From the NCBI GenBank assembly GCA_963757295.1, contig CAVWQZ010000012.1, forward strand, positions 73,953 through 137,952: a stretch of DNA of 64,000 nucleotides, read 5' to 3'. This DNA comes from an uncultured Actinomycetota bacterium (GTDB lineage: Bacteria; Actinomycetota; Actinomycetes; JACCUZ01). This document shows, piece by piece, positions 46,515 to 58,275 of the stretch. The position numbers and the translations under genes were made by a program. Positions within the stretch are counted from its first letter, which is position 1. The number at the start of each line of letters is the position of its first letter. Below the pieces are notes generated by a model that saw nothing but the letters and a program-made list of their open reading frames with translations, did no database searches and was not told the DNA's origin.

Positions 46515-47726
46515 CCGACCTTCGCAACGACCCACGATTCCGACAGCTCGTTCGCTCGCAGCTGTCCCGCCGCACGCTGCTGCGCGGGGTCGGGGGCGTC
46601 GGCGCCGCTGCCGCCCTGGCCGCCTGTGGGACCGGCAGCAACGACGCGGACAACGACGACGAAGCCCAAGGCCACCGTCGCTGACAAGTCCGACACCGAC
46701 AAGGTGGTGCGCTGGGCCAACTGGCCGGCCTACCTGGACTTCGACGACGAGACGAAGAAGTACCCCACCCTGGAGGAGTTCCAGGAGAAGACCGGCATCA
46801 AGGCGACCTACGCCGAGGACATCGACGACAACGACTCCTACTACGGCAAGATCCAGGGCCAGCTCAAGAACGGCCAGGACATCGGCAAGGACGTCATCGT
46901 CCTCACCGACTGGATGGCCGGTCGGCTGATCCGGCAGGGCTACGTGCAGAAGCTGGACAAGGCCAACATCCCGAACGCCAAGAACCTCAACCCCAAGCTG
47001 CAGGACGTCGACTTCGACCCGGGCCGCAACTACTCGCTGACGTGGCAGAGCGGCTACGCCGGCATCGCCTACCGCAAGGACAAGGTCGGCCGCGACCTCA
47101 AGACCATCGACGACCTGTGGCACCCGACCTCAAGGGCAAGGTCGTCGTCCTCACCGAGATGCGCGACACCGTGGGCCTGATCATGCTCAGCCAGGGCAAG
47201 GACATCTCCAGGACTTCACCGAGGACGACTTCATGGCGGCGCTGGAGGTCCTGCAGAAGCAGGTCGACTCCGGCCAGGTCCGCCAGGTCAAGGGCAACTC
47301 CTACCTCGAGGACCTGCGCAGCGGCAACGCGATCGCGGTCATCGGCTGGTCGGGCGACATCCTGCTCGCGCAGTTCGAGCGAGGAGGACGACAACTACAA
47401 GTTCGCGCTGCCCGAGACCGGCGGCACGCTCTGGTCGGACAACCTGATGGTCCCGATCGGCGTCACCGCACAAGAAGAACGCCGAGAAGCTGATGGACTA
47501 CTACTACGACCCGACGGTCGCGGCCGAGGTGGCGGCCTACGTCAACTACATCTGCCCGGTCGAGGGCGCGAAGGCCGAGATGGAGAAGATCGACCCGTCG
47601 CTCGTCGACAGCCCGCTGATCTTCCCCACCGAGGAGGACCTCGACAACGTCAAGGTGTTCCGCTCCCTGACCCCCGACGAGGAGACGCAGTTCGCGGAGG
47701 AGTTCCAGAAGGTGATCGGCAACTGA
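46511..47726 (+). CDS. potD: Polyamine ABC transporter substrate-binding lipoprotein (about 5 frame breaks)
   Basis: ATGA overlap with the upstream stop. Tat/lipobox signal [21 protein letters not shown]. PotD/PotF-like body [12 protein letters not shown]...[14 protein letters not shown]...[21 protein letters not shown]...MDYYYDP. Hand-offs near 46663, 47125, 47210, 47385 and 47465. Confidence 0.8.
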
Positions 47727-48882
47727 TGGCTGAAGAGAGCGGCGGGCGCGACCTGCGTCTCGAGCACGTCACCAAGCGGTTCGGCTCCTTCACGGCGGTC
47801 GACGACCTCTCGCTGACGATCCCGTCCGGCAGCTTCTTCGCGTTGCTCGGCCCGTCAGGGTGCGGCAAGACCACGACGCTGCGCATGGTCGCCGGTCTGG
47901 AGGAGCCGACCGAGGGGACGATCCTGATCGGCGACGACGACGTGACGTTCGCGAAGCCCTACAAGCGGCCGGTGAACACCGTCTTCCAGAGCTACGCCCT
48001 GTTCCCGCACCTCGACATCTTCGAGAACGTCGCGTTCGGTCTGCGGCGGCGGGGGTCCAAGCAGGTCAAGCACGAGGTCGAGCAGGCGTTGGAGCTGGTG
48101 GAGCTCGGGCACCTGGCCAGGCGCAAGCCCTCCCAGCTCTCGGGCGGCCAGCAGCAGCGGGTCGCGCTGGCCCGGGCGATCGTCAACCAGCCGGCGGTCC
48201 TGCTGCTGGACGAGCCGCTCGGAGCGCTCGACCTCAAGCTGCGTCGCCAGATGCAGATCGAGCTCAAGCGGATCCAGACCGAGGTGGGCCTGACGTTCGT
48301 GCACGTCACGCACGACCAGGAAGAGGCCATGACGATGGCCGACACCATCGCGGTCATGAACGCCGGGCGCATCGAGCAGCTCGGCAACCCGGTCGAGCTC
48401 TACGAGTCGCCCGACACGGCGTTCGTCGCGAACTTCCTCGGCCAGTCCAACCTGATCCGGGCGTCCGTGACCGGCACGTCCGGCGAGCGATGTGCTGCTC
48501 GACGTCCAGGGCTCCCGCATGACCGTCCCGTCGGCGCGCCGCGAGACGCAAGGAGACCGAGCTGCTGATCGGTGTGCGGCCGGAGAAGATCCACATCGGC
48601 GCCGAGGACGCCACGGTGGCCGACGGGCACAACGTGATCCGTGGCGGGATCGTGACCGACGCGAGCTTCACCGGGGTCAGCACGCAGTACCTCGTGCGCC
48701 TGCCGTGGGGGCAGGAAGTGATGGTCTTCGCCCAGAACCTCGGTGGCGGCGGCGTGGTGCCCGTGGGCAGCACGGTGACCCTGTCCTTCGACCCCGCGCA
48801 CACGTTCGCGCTGGGCGGCGACGAGGACGCGCAGGCCGGCGTCGCCCACGACGAGGGCGTGACGCCGGTTCCGGTGGGCTGA
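47726..48882 (+). CDS. potA: Polyamine ABC transporter ATPase (two frame breaks)
   Basis: Motifs [23 protein letters not shown] and [11 protein letters not shown]. The C-terminal TOBE-like domain ([20 protein letters not shown]) is in ORF 48574. Hand-offs near 48487 and 48560. Confidence 0.9.
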
Positions 48883-48883
48883 C

Positions 48884-49820
48884 ATGACCGTCGCCCAGGG
48901 CATCGGCGCCGGGGAGCACACCAGCAGCGAGGTCTCGGCCGACCGCGAGGGACCCGAGGAACCCGGGCGGCGCGGCCGGCGCAGCACGCCGTACCTCCTG
49001 CTCCTGCCCGGTCTCGGCTGGCTGGCGATCTTCTTCGCGGTGCCCATCTTCACGCTGATCTCGACCTCGACCCAGACCCGGCCCCCGGGCGCCGAGATCG
49101 GCGTCTACGAGCAGACGTTCCGGTTCGAGAACTACCCCGACGCGCTCTCGGAGTACGCCACGCAGTTCGGCAGGTCGTTCGTCTACGCGTTGCTCGCGAC
49201 CGCGCTGGCGCTGGCCATCTCCTACCCGCTTGCCTACGCGATCGCGTTCAAGGCGGGCAGGTGGCGCAACCTGCTGCTCGTGCTGGTGATCGCACCGTTC
49301 TTCACCAGCTTCCTGCTGCGCACGATCGCCTGGAAGCAGATCCTCGCCGACGGCGCCTGGGTCGCCGACGCTCTGCGGTTCGTGCACGTGCTGGGGGCCC
49401 AGGACCATGTCCTCAACACACCGCTCGCCGTGGTGCTCGGCATCACCTACAACTTCCTGCCGTTCATGATCCTGCCGATCTACGCGAGCCTCGAGCGGGT
49501 CGACCCACGGTTCATGGAGGCGGCCGGCGACCTCTACGCCAACGCCATCACGACGTTCCGCAAGGTGACCCTGCCGCTGTCGATGCCCGGCGTCGTGGCG
49601 GGAACCCTGCTGACGTTCATCCCGGCGGCCGGCGACTACGTCAACAGCGCCCTGCTCGGCAGCCGTGACACGACGATGATCGGCAACGTCATCGACAGCC
49701 GGTTCCTGCGGGTGGTGGACTACCCGACCGCGGCAGTCCTCTCGGTCACGCTGATGGTCGTCCATCCTGGTCCTGGTCGCCGTCTACATCCGACGGGCCG
49801 GCACGGAGGAGCTGGTCTGA
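48884..49820 (+). CDS. potB: Polyamine ABC transporter permease (one frame break)
   Basis: Six TM helices and the EAA loop MEAAGDLYANAITTFRKVTLP. After a hand-off near 49762 the corrected tail is ILVLVAVYIRRAGTEELV-stop (TGA 49818-49820). Confidence 0.88.
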
Positions 49821-50661
49821 TGGCGACCACGACCTCGCCTCGCGCGCCCGACCGCCGGATCGACCCGTGGCCGGCGGGTGCAACGGTGGTTCTCGGCGAA
49901 CCTGCTCCGCATCTACGCCGTGCTCGCGCTTCGCCTACATCTTCGTCCCCGTCGCCTACACCTTCGTGTTCTCGTTCAACGACTCGGGCAAGTCGAACCT
50001 GAACTGGCGCGGCTTCACCACCGAGAAGTGGACGAACCCGTGCGGTGCCCCCGACGTCTGCCCCGCCCTGGCCAACAGCCTCAAGATCGGGCTGCTGGCC
50101 ACGATCGTGTCGACGGTCCTCGGGACGATGATCGCGTTCGCCCTGGCCCGCCACCGGTTCCGCGGCCGCGGCTCCACCAACCTGCTGATCTTCCTGCCGA
50201 TGGCGACGCCCGAGGTCGTGCTCGGGGCGTCGCTGCTCGCGCTGTTCCTCAACGCCGGTGTCCCGCTGGGCTTCTGGACCATCGTGATCGCCCACATCAT
50301 GTTCTGCATCAGCTTCGTCGTCGTCACCGTCAAGGCGCGGCTCGCCAGCCTGGACCCGCGCCTCGAGCAGGCGGCGATGGACCTCTATGCGGACGAGTGG
50401 CAGACGTTCCGGCGGATCACCTTGCCGCTCGTCGCCCCCGGCATCGTGGCCGGCGCGCTGCTGGCGTTCGCGCTGTCCTTCGACGACTTCATCATCACCA
50501 ACTTCAACTCCGGCGCGGTCAACACCTTCCCGAAGTTCGTCTGGGTGTCCTCGCTGCGCGGCATCCCGGCGCAGGCGAACGTGATCGGCTCGGCGATGTT
50601 CTTCCTGGCCCTGATCGCCGTGCTCCTCGGCCAGTTCGTCGCCCGGCGCCGACGGGTCTGA
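49820..50661 (+). CDS. potC: Polyamine ABC transporter permease (two frame breaks)
   Basis: TGATG junction with the upstream gene. RWFSANLLRIYAVLA, then AYIFVPVAYTFVFSFND, with the EAA loop EQAAMDLYADEWQTFRRITLP. Hand-offs near 49868 and 49928. Confidence 0.88.
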
Positions 50662-50666
50662 CGGCC

Positions 50667-52086
50667 ATGGCACCCTCGCTCGCCGCGCCCGCGGTCGCAG
50701 CGCTCGCCGACGTGCAGTTCGCGCCGTTCTGGACCGACGCGGCGCCCGGACCCGAGCCCTGCCCGCCGCTGGCCGGGTCCACCACGGCCGACCTCGCCGT
50801 CGTCGGCGCCGGCTTCACCGGGCTCTGGACCGCGCTGCTCGCCAAGGAGGCCGACCCGTCCCGTGACGTCGTGGTCCTGGAGAGCCGCACCGCCGGGTGG
50901 GCCGCATCCGGGCGCAACGGCGGCTTCTGCGCCGCCAGCCTCACCCACGGCCTGCGCAACGGGCTCGAGCGCTTCCCGACCGAGCTCGGTGTGCTGGAGC
51001 GGCTGGGCCGGGAGAACCTCGCGGCCATCGAGGCGACCCTCGGCCGGCACGGCATCGACTGCAGCTGGGAGCGCACCGGCGAGCTGACCGTCGCGACGCG
51101 CCGTGGCAGTTCGACGACCTGCGCGAGATGCCCGAGCTGGCCCGTCGTCACGGCGGCGAGCTGGAGCTCCTCGACGCGGCGCAGGTGCGCGAGCGGGTCG
51201 ACTCGCCGACCTACGTCGGCGGCCTGCTCGACCGCACGGGTGTCGCGATGGTCGACCCGGCCCGGCTGGCCGGTGGCCTCAAGCAGGCCTGCCTGCGCCT
51301 CGGCGTGCGCATCTTCGAGGACTCGGCCGTGGACTCGGTGGACGACCGGGGACCCGGGCTCGCGCTGCACACGGCGTACGGCGTGGTCACCGCCCGCCGC
51401 GTCGCGCTCGGCACCAACACCTTCCCGCCGCTGCTGCGCCGGCTGCGCTCCTACATCGCCCCGGTCTGGGACTACGTGCTGGTGACCGAGCCGCTGTCCG
51501 CCGACCAGCTCGCGTCGGTCGGCTGGCAGGGCCGCGAGGGCCTCGCCGACGCGGGCAACCAGTTCCACTACTACCGGCTCACACCGGACAACCGCATCCT
51601 CTGGGGCGGCTACGACGCGGTCTACCACTACGGCAACAAGGTGGCGGACCGGCTCGACCGCGACCCCGAGACCTTCGCCCGGCTCTCCGAGCACTTCTTC
51701 GCGACGTTCCCCCAGCTGCACGGCCTGCGGTTCACCCACGCCTGGGGCGGTGTCATCGACACCTGCTCGCGGTTCTGCGTGTTCTGGGGACGGGCGTACG
51801 GCGGGCGGCTGGCCTATGCCGCCGGCTACACCGGTCTGGGGGTGGGCGCGTCGCGGTTCGGGGCGCGGGTGATGCTCGACCTGCTCGACCAGGTGCCCGG
51901 CGCCGCACCGAGCTCACCGAGCTGTCGATGGTGCGGCGCAAGCCGCTGCCGTTCCCGCCCGAGCCGGTCCGCTGGGCCGGCATCGAGCTGACCCGGCGGG
52001 CGCTTGCCCGGGCCGACCGGCGCGACGGCCGGCGCGGGCCGTGGCTGCGCACACTGGACCGCATCGGCATGGGCTTCGACTCATGA
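50667..52086 (+). CDS. FAD-dependent oxidoreductase (DAO family; second copy) (two frame breaks)
   Basis: Motifs DLAVVGAGFTGLWTALLL-type GxGxxG and AASGRNGGF. The body is in ORF 50897 and the tail (ELSMVRRKPLPFPPEPVRWAGIELTRRAL) in ORF 51103. Hand-offs near 51100 and 51903. It is a paralog of the 37595-38971 gene. Confidence 0.82.
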
Positions 52087-52111
52087 CCACCAACCGTGGA
52101 GAGGCGCACTG

Positions 52112-53644
52112 ATGGCCGGCGAGCAGACCAACCCGACTCGGATCACCCACTGGATCGACGGCAAGCTGGACCGGGAGCAGCGCGCGAACAGGCGAGGTCT
52201 TCAACCCGGCCACCGGAGCGGTGAGCGGCCGGGTCGACCTGGCCTCCGTCCGCCGACGTGGACGCCGCGGTCGCGGCGGCGTCGGGCGCCTTCCAGCAGT
52301 GGCGGCGGTCCTCGCTCACCACGCGCACCCAGGTGCTGTTCGCGTTCCGCGAGCTGCTCAACGCGCGCAAGGACGAGCTGGCCGCGATCATCACCGCCGA
52401 GCACGGCAAGGTGCTCTCCGACGCGCTCGGCGAGGTGACCCGCGGGCTGGAGGTCGTGGAGTTCGCGTGCGGGATCCCGCACCTGCTCAAGGGCGGCTTC
52501 TCCGAGGGCGTGTCCACCAGCGTCGACGTCTACTCGATCCGCCAGCCGCTCGGCGTCGTCGGCGTCATCTCGCCGTTCAACTTCCCCGCGATGGTGCCGA
52601 TGTGGTTCTTCCCGGTCGCCATCGCCTGCGGGCAACACCGTCGTGCTCAAGCCCAGCGAGAAGGACCCGTCGGCCGCCGTCTGGGTCGCGCGGCTGTGGG
52701 CCGAGGCCGGGCTGCCCGACGGCGTCTTCAACGTCGTGCACGGCGACAAGGAGGCGGTCGACCGGCTCCTCGAGCACCCCGACGTACGGTCGGTCTCCTT
52801 CGTCGGGTCGACGCCGATCGCGCGCTACGTCTACGAGAACGGGACCCGCGCCGGCAAGCGGGTGCAGGCCCTCGGCGGCGCGAAGAACCACATGGTCGTG
52901 CTGCCCGACGCCGACCTCGACCTCGCCGCGGACGCGGCGGTCAACGCGGGCTTCGGCTCGGCCGGCGAGCGCTGCATGGCGATCTCGGCCCTGGTCGCGG
53001 TCGGACCGGTCGCCGACGAGCTGGTCGCCAAGATCCGCCAGCGGATGGACGGGCTCACCGTCGGTGACGGGACCCGCGGCACCGACATGGGCCCGCTGGT
53101 CACCGAGGCGCACCGCGACAAGGTGGCGGCCTACCTCGACGCCGGCACGGAGGCCGGTGCCGAGCTGGTCGTCGACGGCCGCGAGCACAAGGTCGACGGT
53201 GCGGAGGAGGGCTTCTGGCTCGGCCCGACGCTCTTCGACCGGGTCCGGCCGGACATGACGCTCTACACCGACGAGATCTTCGGCCCGGTGCTGTCGGTGG
53301 TCCGCGTCGACACCTACGACGAGGCGCTCGAGCTGGTCAACAGCAACCCCTACGGCAACGGCACGGCCATCTTCACCAACGACGGCGGCGCCGCCCGGCG
53401 CTACCAGAACGAGGTCGAGGTCGGCATGGTCGGCGTCAACGTGCCGATCCCGGTGCCGATGGCCTACTACTCGTTCGGCGGCTGGAAGAACTCGCTGTTC
53501 GGCGACTCCCACGCCCACGGCATGGAGGGCGTGCACTTCTACACCCGCGGCAAGGTCGTGACGTCACGGTGGCTCGATCCCGCGCAGCGGAGTGCGAGCA
53601 ACAAGGACGCGGCCGTCAACCTGGGGTTCCCGACCCATGACTGA
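52112..53644 (+). CDS. mmsA: CoA-acylating methylmalonate/malonate-semialdehyde dehydrogenase (three frame breaks, all +1)
   Basis: Reads ITHWIDGK, WTGSSARTGEVFNPATGAVSGRVDLASV, SPFNFPAMVPMW, ALGGAKNH and GERCMA (catalytic Cys), ending FGGWKNSLFGDSHAHGMEGVHFYT. Hand-offs near 52160, 52250 and 52635. Confidence 0.85.
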
Positions 53645-53650
53645 TGCCGC

Positions 53651-54665
53651 ATGAGTCGCTACGGCGCCATGTTCGGGCCCGACATCACGTTCCTCGGGGT
53701 GGACCCCTGCGACCTGTCCGACCCGGCGTCCTTCGCCGGCGCCGACGTCGTGGTCGTCGGCGCTCCCTTCGACGGCGGCACGTCGCACCGGCCGGGCACC
53801 AGGTTCGGCCCGCAGGCGATCCGCTCCACCGACTACCTCGCGCACGACGGCTCGCGGCCGAGCCTGGCGCTTCGCGTGGACCCGCTGCGCGACCTGCGCG
53901 TTCTCGACGCCGGTGACGTCGAGATGCCGCCGGGTCACATCGAGCGGTCGCTCGACGCGCTGACCGAGGCGGTGGCGACGGTCGCGACGAGCGGCGCCAT
54001 CCCGGTCGTCCTCGGCGGCGACCACTCGATCACGCTCGCCGACGTCACCGGGAGTCGCCCGCCACCACGGCCAGGGCCGCGTCAGCGTCGTGCACTTCGA
54101 CGCCCACGCCGACACCGGCGACATCGAGTTCGGCTCGCTCTACGGGCACGGCCAGCCGATGCGGCGGCTGATCGAGTCGGGTGCCGCGCGCGGTGACCGG
54201 TTCCTGCAGATCGGGCTGCGCGGCTACTGGCCCGGTCCGCCGACGCTGGAGTGGATGGCGCAGCAGCGCATGCGGTCCTACGAGATGAGCGAGATCGGCG
54301 CCCGCGGGCTCGGTGCGTGCCTGGACGAGGCGTTCGTGACCGCCACCGACGACTGCGACGGGGTGTTCCTGTCCGTCGACATCGACGTCGCCGACCCCGC
54401 GCACGCCCCCGGCACCGGCACTCCCGAGCCCGGTGGCCTGTCCGCGCGCGAGCTGCTCGACGCCGTCCGCCGGGTCTGCCTCGAGCTGCCCGTCGTCGGC
54501 ATCGACGTCGTGGAGGTCTCGCCGCCCTACGACAGCGCCGACATCACCGCCGCCCTCGCCAACCGCGTCGTGCTCGAGTCGCTGTCGGCCATCGCCCGCC
54601 GCCGCCGGGGCGACCCCGTCGACCCGTTGCGTCCGTTGCTCGACCGAGAGAAGGAGAGGTCCTGA
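53651..54665 (+). CDS. Agmatinase / guanidino-acid ureohydrolase (arginase family) (one frame break)
   Basis: Mn-site motifs [15 protein letters not shown] and [22 protein letters not shown]. Hand-off near 54052. Substrate (agmatine or guanidinobutyrate) cannot be told from sequence by eye. Confidence 0.85.
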
Positions 54666-54667
54666 CC

Positions 54668-55877
54668 ATGCGGGTGCTCGTTGTCGGTGCCGGTGGAGTG
54701 GGTTCGGCCGTGGTGGGGATCGCCGCGAGGCGAGACTTCTTCGACGCGATGGTGGTCGCCGACTACGACGTACGACGTGCCGAGCAAGCGGTCTCGGCGT
54801 ACGCCGCCGATCCCCGCTTCTCGGCCGCGCAGGTCGACGCGTCCTCGGCCGACGCGGTCGCGCAGCTGTGCCGGGCCAACGCGGTCACGCACGTGCTGAA
54901 CGCCGTGGACCCGCGGTTCGTGATGCCGATCTTCGACGGTGCGTTCGCGGCCGGTGCCGACTACCTCGACATGGCGATGTCGCTCTCACACCCCCACCCG
55001 GACGACCCGCACTCGCTGACCGGAGTGAAGCTGGGCGACGAGCAGTTCGCGAAGGCCGGCGAATGGGAGCAGGCCGGCCGGCTTGCCCTCTGCGGCATGG
55101 GCGTCGAGCCGGGCCTGTCGGACGTGTTCGCCCGCTATGCCGCCGACCACCTGTTCGACGAGATCGACGAGATCGGCGTGCGCGACGGGGCGAACCTCGA
55201 GGTCGACGGCTACGCGTTCGCCCCGTCGTTCAGCATCTGGACCACGATCGAGGAGTGCCTCAACCCGCCGGTGGTGTGGGAGAAGGACCGTGGCTGGTTC
55301 ACGACCGCGCCCGTTCAGCGAGCCGGAGGTGTTCGACTTCCCGGAAGGGATCGGCCCGGTCGAGTGCGTCAACGTCGAGCACGAGGAAGTGCTGCTCATC
55401 CCGCGGTGGGTCGACGCGAAGCGGGTCACGTTCAAGTACGGCCTGGGCGAGGAGTTCATCACCGTCCTGCAGGTGCTGCACAAGGTCGGCCTGGACCGCA
55501 CCGAACCGGTCCGGGTGGGCGCCGCCGAGGTGTCGCCGCGGGACGTCGTCGCGGCCGTCCTGCCCGACCCGGCCACCCTCGGCGACCGGATGCGCGGGAA
55601 GACGTGCGCCGGCACCTGGGTCCGCGGCCGCGGCACGGACGGTCAGCCGCGCGAGGTCTACCTCTACCACGTGGTCGACAACGAGTGGTCGATGCGCGAG
55701 TACGGCTCCCAGGCGGTGGTCTGGCAGACGGCGGTCAACCCCGTCGTGGCCCTCGAGCTGCTCGCCAGCGGTCGGTGGAAGGGCGCGGGAGTCCTGGGCC
55801 CGGAGGCTTTCGAGGCCCAGCCGTTCCTGGATCTGCTCACGGCCTACGGCTCACCGTGGGGACTGCGCGAGCAGTAG
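54668..55877 (+). CDS. Saccharopine-dehydrogenase-family NAD(P) oxidoreductase (one frame break)
   Basis: Rossmann fold [15 protein letters not shown], a [11 protein letters not shown]-type core, and a C-terminal half in ORF 55083. Hand-off near 55312. Confidence 0.75.
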
Positions 55878-55907
55878 CGTCGGCGCACCGACCGAGAGGG
55901 GACTGCC

Positions 55908-56994
55908 GTGCCGCACGAGGTGCGAGGCGTTGATCGCTCGCGACAAGGGGCAGCCCGTCTCGGTGGAGAGCGTGCTCGTCCCCGATCCCGGTCCGGGCGA
56001 GGCGCTCGTGCAGGTGCAGGCCTGCGGGGTGTGTCACACCGACCTGCACTACCGCGAGGGCGGCATCAACGACGACTTCCCGTTCCTGCTCGGCCACGAG
56101 GCGGCGGGCGTCGTCGAGGCGGTGGGTGACGGCGTCACCGACGTGGCGCCCGGCGACTACGTGATCCTCAACTGGCGCGCGGTGTGCGGTCGGTGCCGGG
56201 CCTGCCTGCGCGGCCGGCCGTGGTACTGCTTCGCGACCGCCAACGCCACCCAGAAGATGACCCTCGCCGACGGGACGGAACTGGCTCCGGCGCTGGGCAT
56301 CGGCGCCTTCGCCGACAAGACCCTGGTCGCATCCGGGCAGTGCACGAAGGTCGACCCCGAGGTGGCGCCGGCGGTGGCCGGTCTGCTCGGCTGCGGCGTG
56401 ATGGCCGGTCTCGGTGCGGCGATGAACACCGGTCAGGTCGGGCGCGGCGACAGCGTGGCCGTCATCGGCTGCGGAGGTGTCGGCGACGGCGCGATCGCGG
56501 GAGCCCTGCTCGCCGGTGCCAGCACGGTCATCGCCGTCGACGTCGACCAGCGCAAGCTCGACTGGGCCAAGGAGTTCGGGGCCACCCACACGGTGAACTC
56601 CGGCGAGACCGACCCGGTCGAGGCCATCCGCGAGCTGACCGGTGGGTTCGGTGCCGACGTCGTGATCGACGCCGTCGGGCGGCCGGAGACCTACGAGCAG
56701 GCCTTCTACGCGCGTGACCTCGCCGGCACGGTGGTCCTCGTCGGCGTGCCCACTCCCGACATGCGGATCGACCTGCCCCTGCTGGACGTCTTCGGCCGCG
56801 GTGGCGCACTGAAGTCGTCGTGGTACGGCGACTGCCTGCCCAGCCGGGACTTCCCGATGCTCATCGACCTGCACCTGCAGGGCCGTCTCGACCTGGAGCG
56901 CTTCGTGTCGGAGACCATCGCCCTCGATGACGTCGAGGAGGCCTTCGCCAAGATGGAGCGGGGCGCCGTCCTGCGCTCCGTCGTCGTGTTCTGA
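55908..56994 (+). CDS. Zinc-dependent alcohol dehydrogenase (class-III / mycothiol-dependent formaldehyde-dehydrogenase-like) (one frame break)
   Basis: Motifs [17 protein letters not shown], the structural-Zn [15 protein letters not shown], and IGCGGVG. The N-terminus VPHEVRGV joins IARDKGQPV after an extra T near 55930. Confidence 0.85.
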
Positions 56995-57189
56995 TCAGCC
57001 GTCGTCGTCGGGCAGCGGCAGCTGCTGCTCACGGGCCCGCGCGGCACGCATCCGCTCATCGGTCCAGTAGTGCTCGACCTCGTCAGCGCTCTGCGTCACG
57101 TCGTGGACCGCGGGCGCGTCGGTGACGCCGGCCGTGTCTCCCGACCGGCGCCACCAGCTCTGCAGCCGTCGCCACAGTGAGGAGCTCAT
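56995..57189 (-). CDS. Small hypothetical protein (64 aa) coupled downstream of the S1 protease
   Basis: It starts 12 nt after the protease stop. Sequence MSSSLWRRLQSWWRRSGDTAGVTDAPAVHDVTQSADEVEHYWTDERMRAARAREQQLPLPDDDG. It shares the YWT..RM..A motif with the protease pro-region. Confidence 0.4.
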   Translation of the reverse strand: MSSSLWRRLQSWWRRSGDTAGVTDAPAVHDVTQSADEVEHYWTDERMRAARAREQQLPLPDDDG

Positions 57190-57201
57190 GCCAAGCTCGT
57201 C

Positions 57202-58150
57202 CTAGCCGGTCGCTGCGCTGTTGTACGCCGTCTGGATGGCGGACCCGAAGTACGGTCCGAACATCTGGTTCTTCACCCCGTTGTAGGTGAAGCTGTTCAA
57301 CGAGTTCTGCAGGCCGCCGGTGAACCACGGGCCGCCGCTGGACCCGCCGGTCATGTCGCACGGGATCCGCTGGCTCTGGGTGCCGCCGTAGATGTCGCTC
57401 TGGGCGGTGCCGGCGCAGGACTTGATCGTCTGGCCGTTGAACGGTGCCGCCGCCGGGTAGCCATAGGCCTCGTAGGTCAGCCCACGGGCCAGGTTGAACG
57501 CGATGCCCTGTCCACCCACGACGTCCGTCAGGTGCGCCCCGTTCAGGGTGTTCATCACCGCGAAACCGCCGTCGTAGTTGATGTCACCCTGGTTGGCCCA
57601 CGCGGTCGTGGTCACCAACCGGCGCGCTGTCCAGGTGCCGTAGGGCCGGACGTTGTTGTTGTACGCCGGGAACGAACGCCCAGTTCGTCGCGAACGCGCC
57701 GGGACCCTCGTTGACGCAGTGGCCCGCAGTCGAGACGACGTCCTTGTTGCCGCTGCTGGTGGCGCTGCCCGAGCAGACGTAGTTGACGCCGCCGAGCGTG
57801 AAGAAGACCTTGCCGGTGCTCTTGATGATCGCGGCGCTCGGCGTCGGGCCACCGCCGGGCTTCCTGGCGCTCGGTGCCGGCGATCTTGGTGCTCGTCCCG
57901 CGGGCGGGTGAGGCGAGCCGACGCAAACGTCGACCCGAGGTCGGCAGGCTTGGCGGAGCTCATCCGGGCGGCGGTCCAGTAGGACACCACCCGGTGCGTG
58001 TGCCGCGGCCGTGGTGGCGGCGGCAGCGCTGATCGCGGCGCCGCGGTTGTCGGATCCGCTCTGGGTGGCGCCGGTCGCCCCGGGTGCGGCACCGACGGCG
58101 AGCACCCCGCCGAGAAGCGCTCCGAGGGCAAGGTGCAGAGATCTGCGCAT
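57202..58150 (-). CDS. Secreted trypsin-like (S1) serine protease (at least 4 frame breaks)
   Basis: Signal peptide MRRSLHLALGALLGGVLAVGAAPGA, pro-region VVSYWTAARMSSAKP, catalytic His TAGHCV and catalytic Ser MTGGSSGGPW. The pieces are spread over track ORFs 57584, 57612 and 57202. Confidence 0.8.
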
Positions 58151-58192
58151 CAGGTGTCTCCCGGGTAGTGGCCGGAGTCACCTGGCAGGCAA

Positions 58193-58244
58193 GGTCGGCC
58201 GCGAGTCGTCCGGGCCGACCGTATCGGGACGGCGCCCGATCGGT
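58193..58244 (-). terminator. Overlapping hairpins between gabT and the protease gene
   Basis: GGTCGGCC (58193-58200) pairs with GGCCGACC (58213-58220) across a 12-nt loop. An alternative 10-bp bulged stem spans 58218-58244 (ACCGTATCGGG / CCCGATCGGT). No U-tract. Confidence 0.3.
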
Positions 58245-58275
58245 AGCGCGCTTGAGCGTGTCTTGACCCTTTCTG

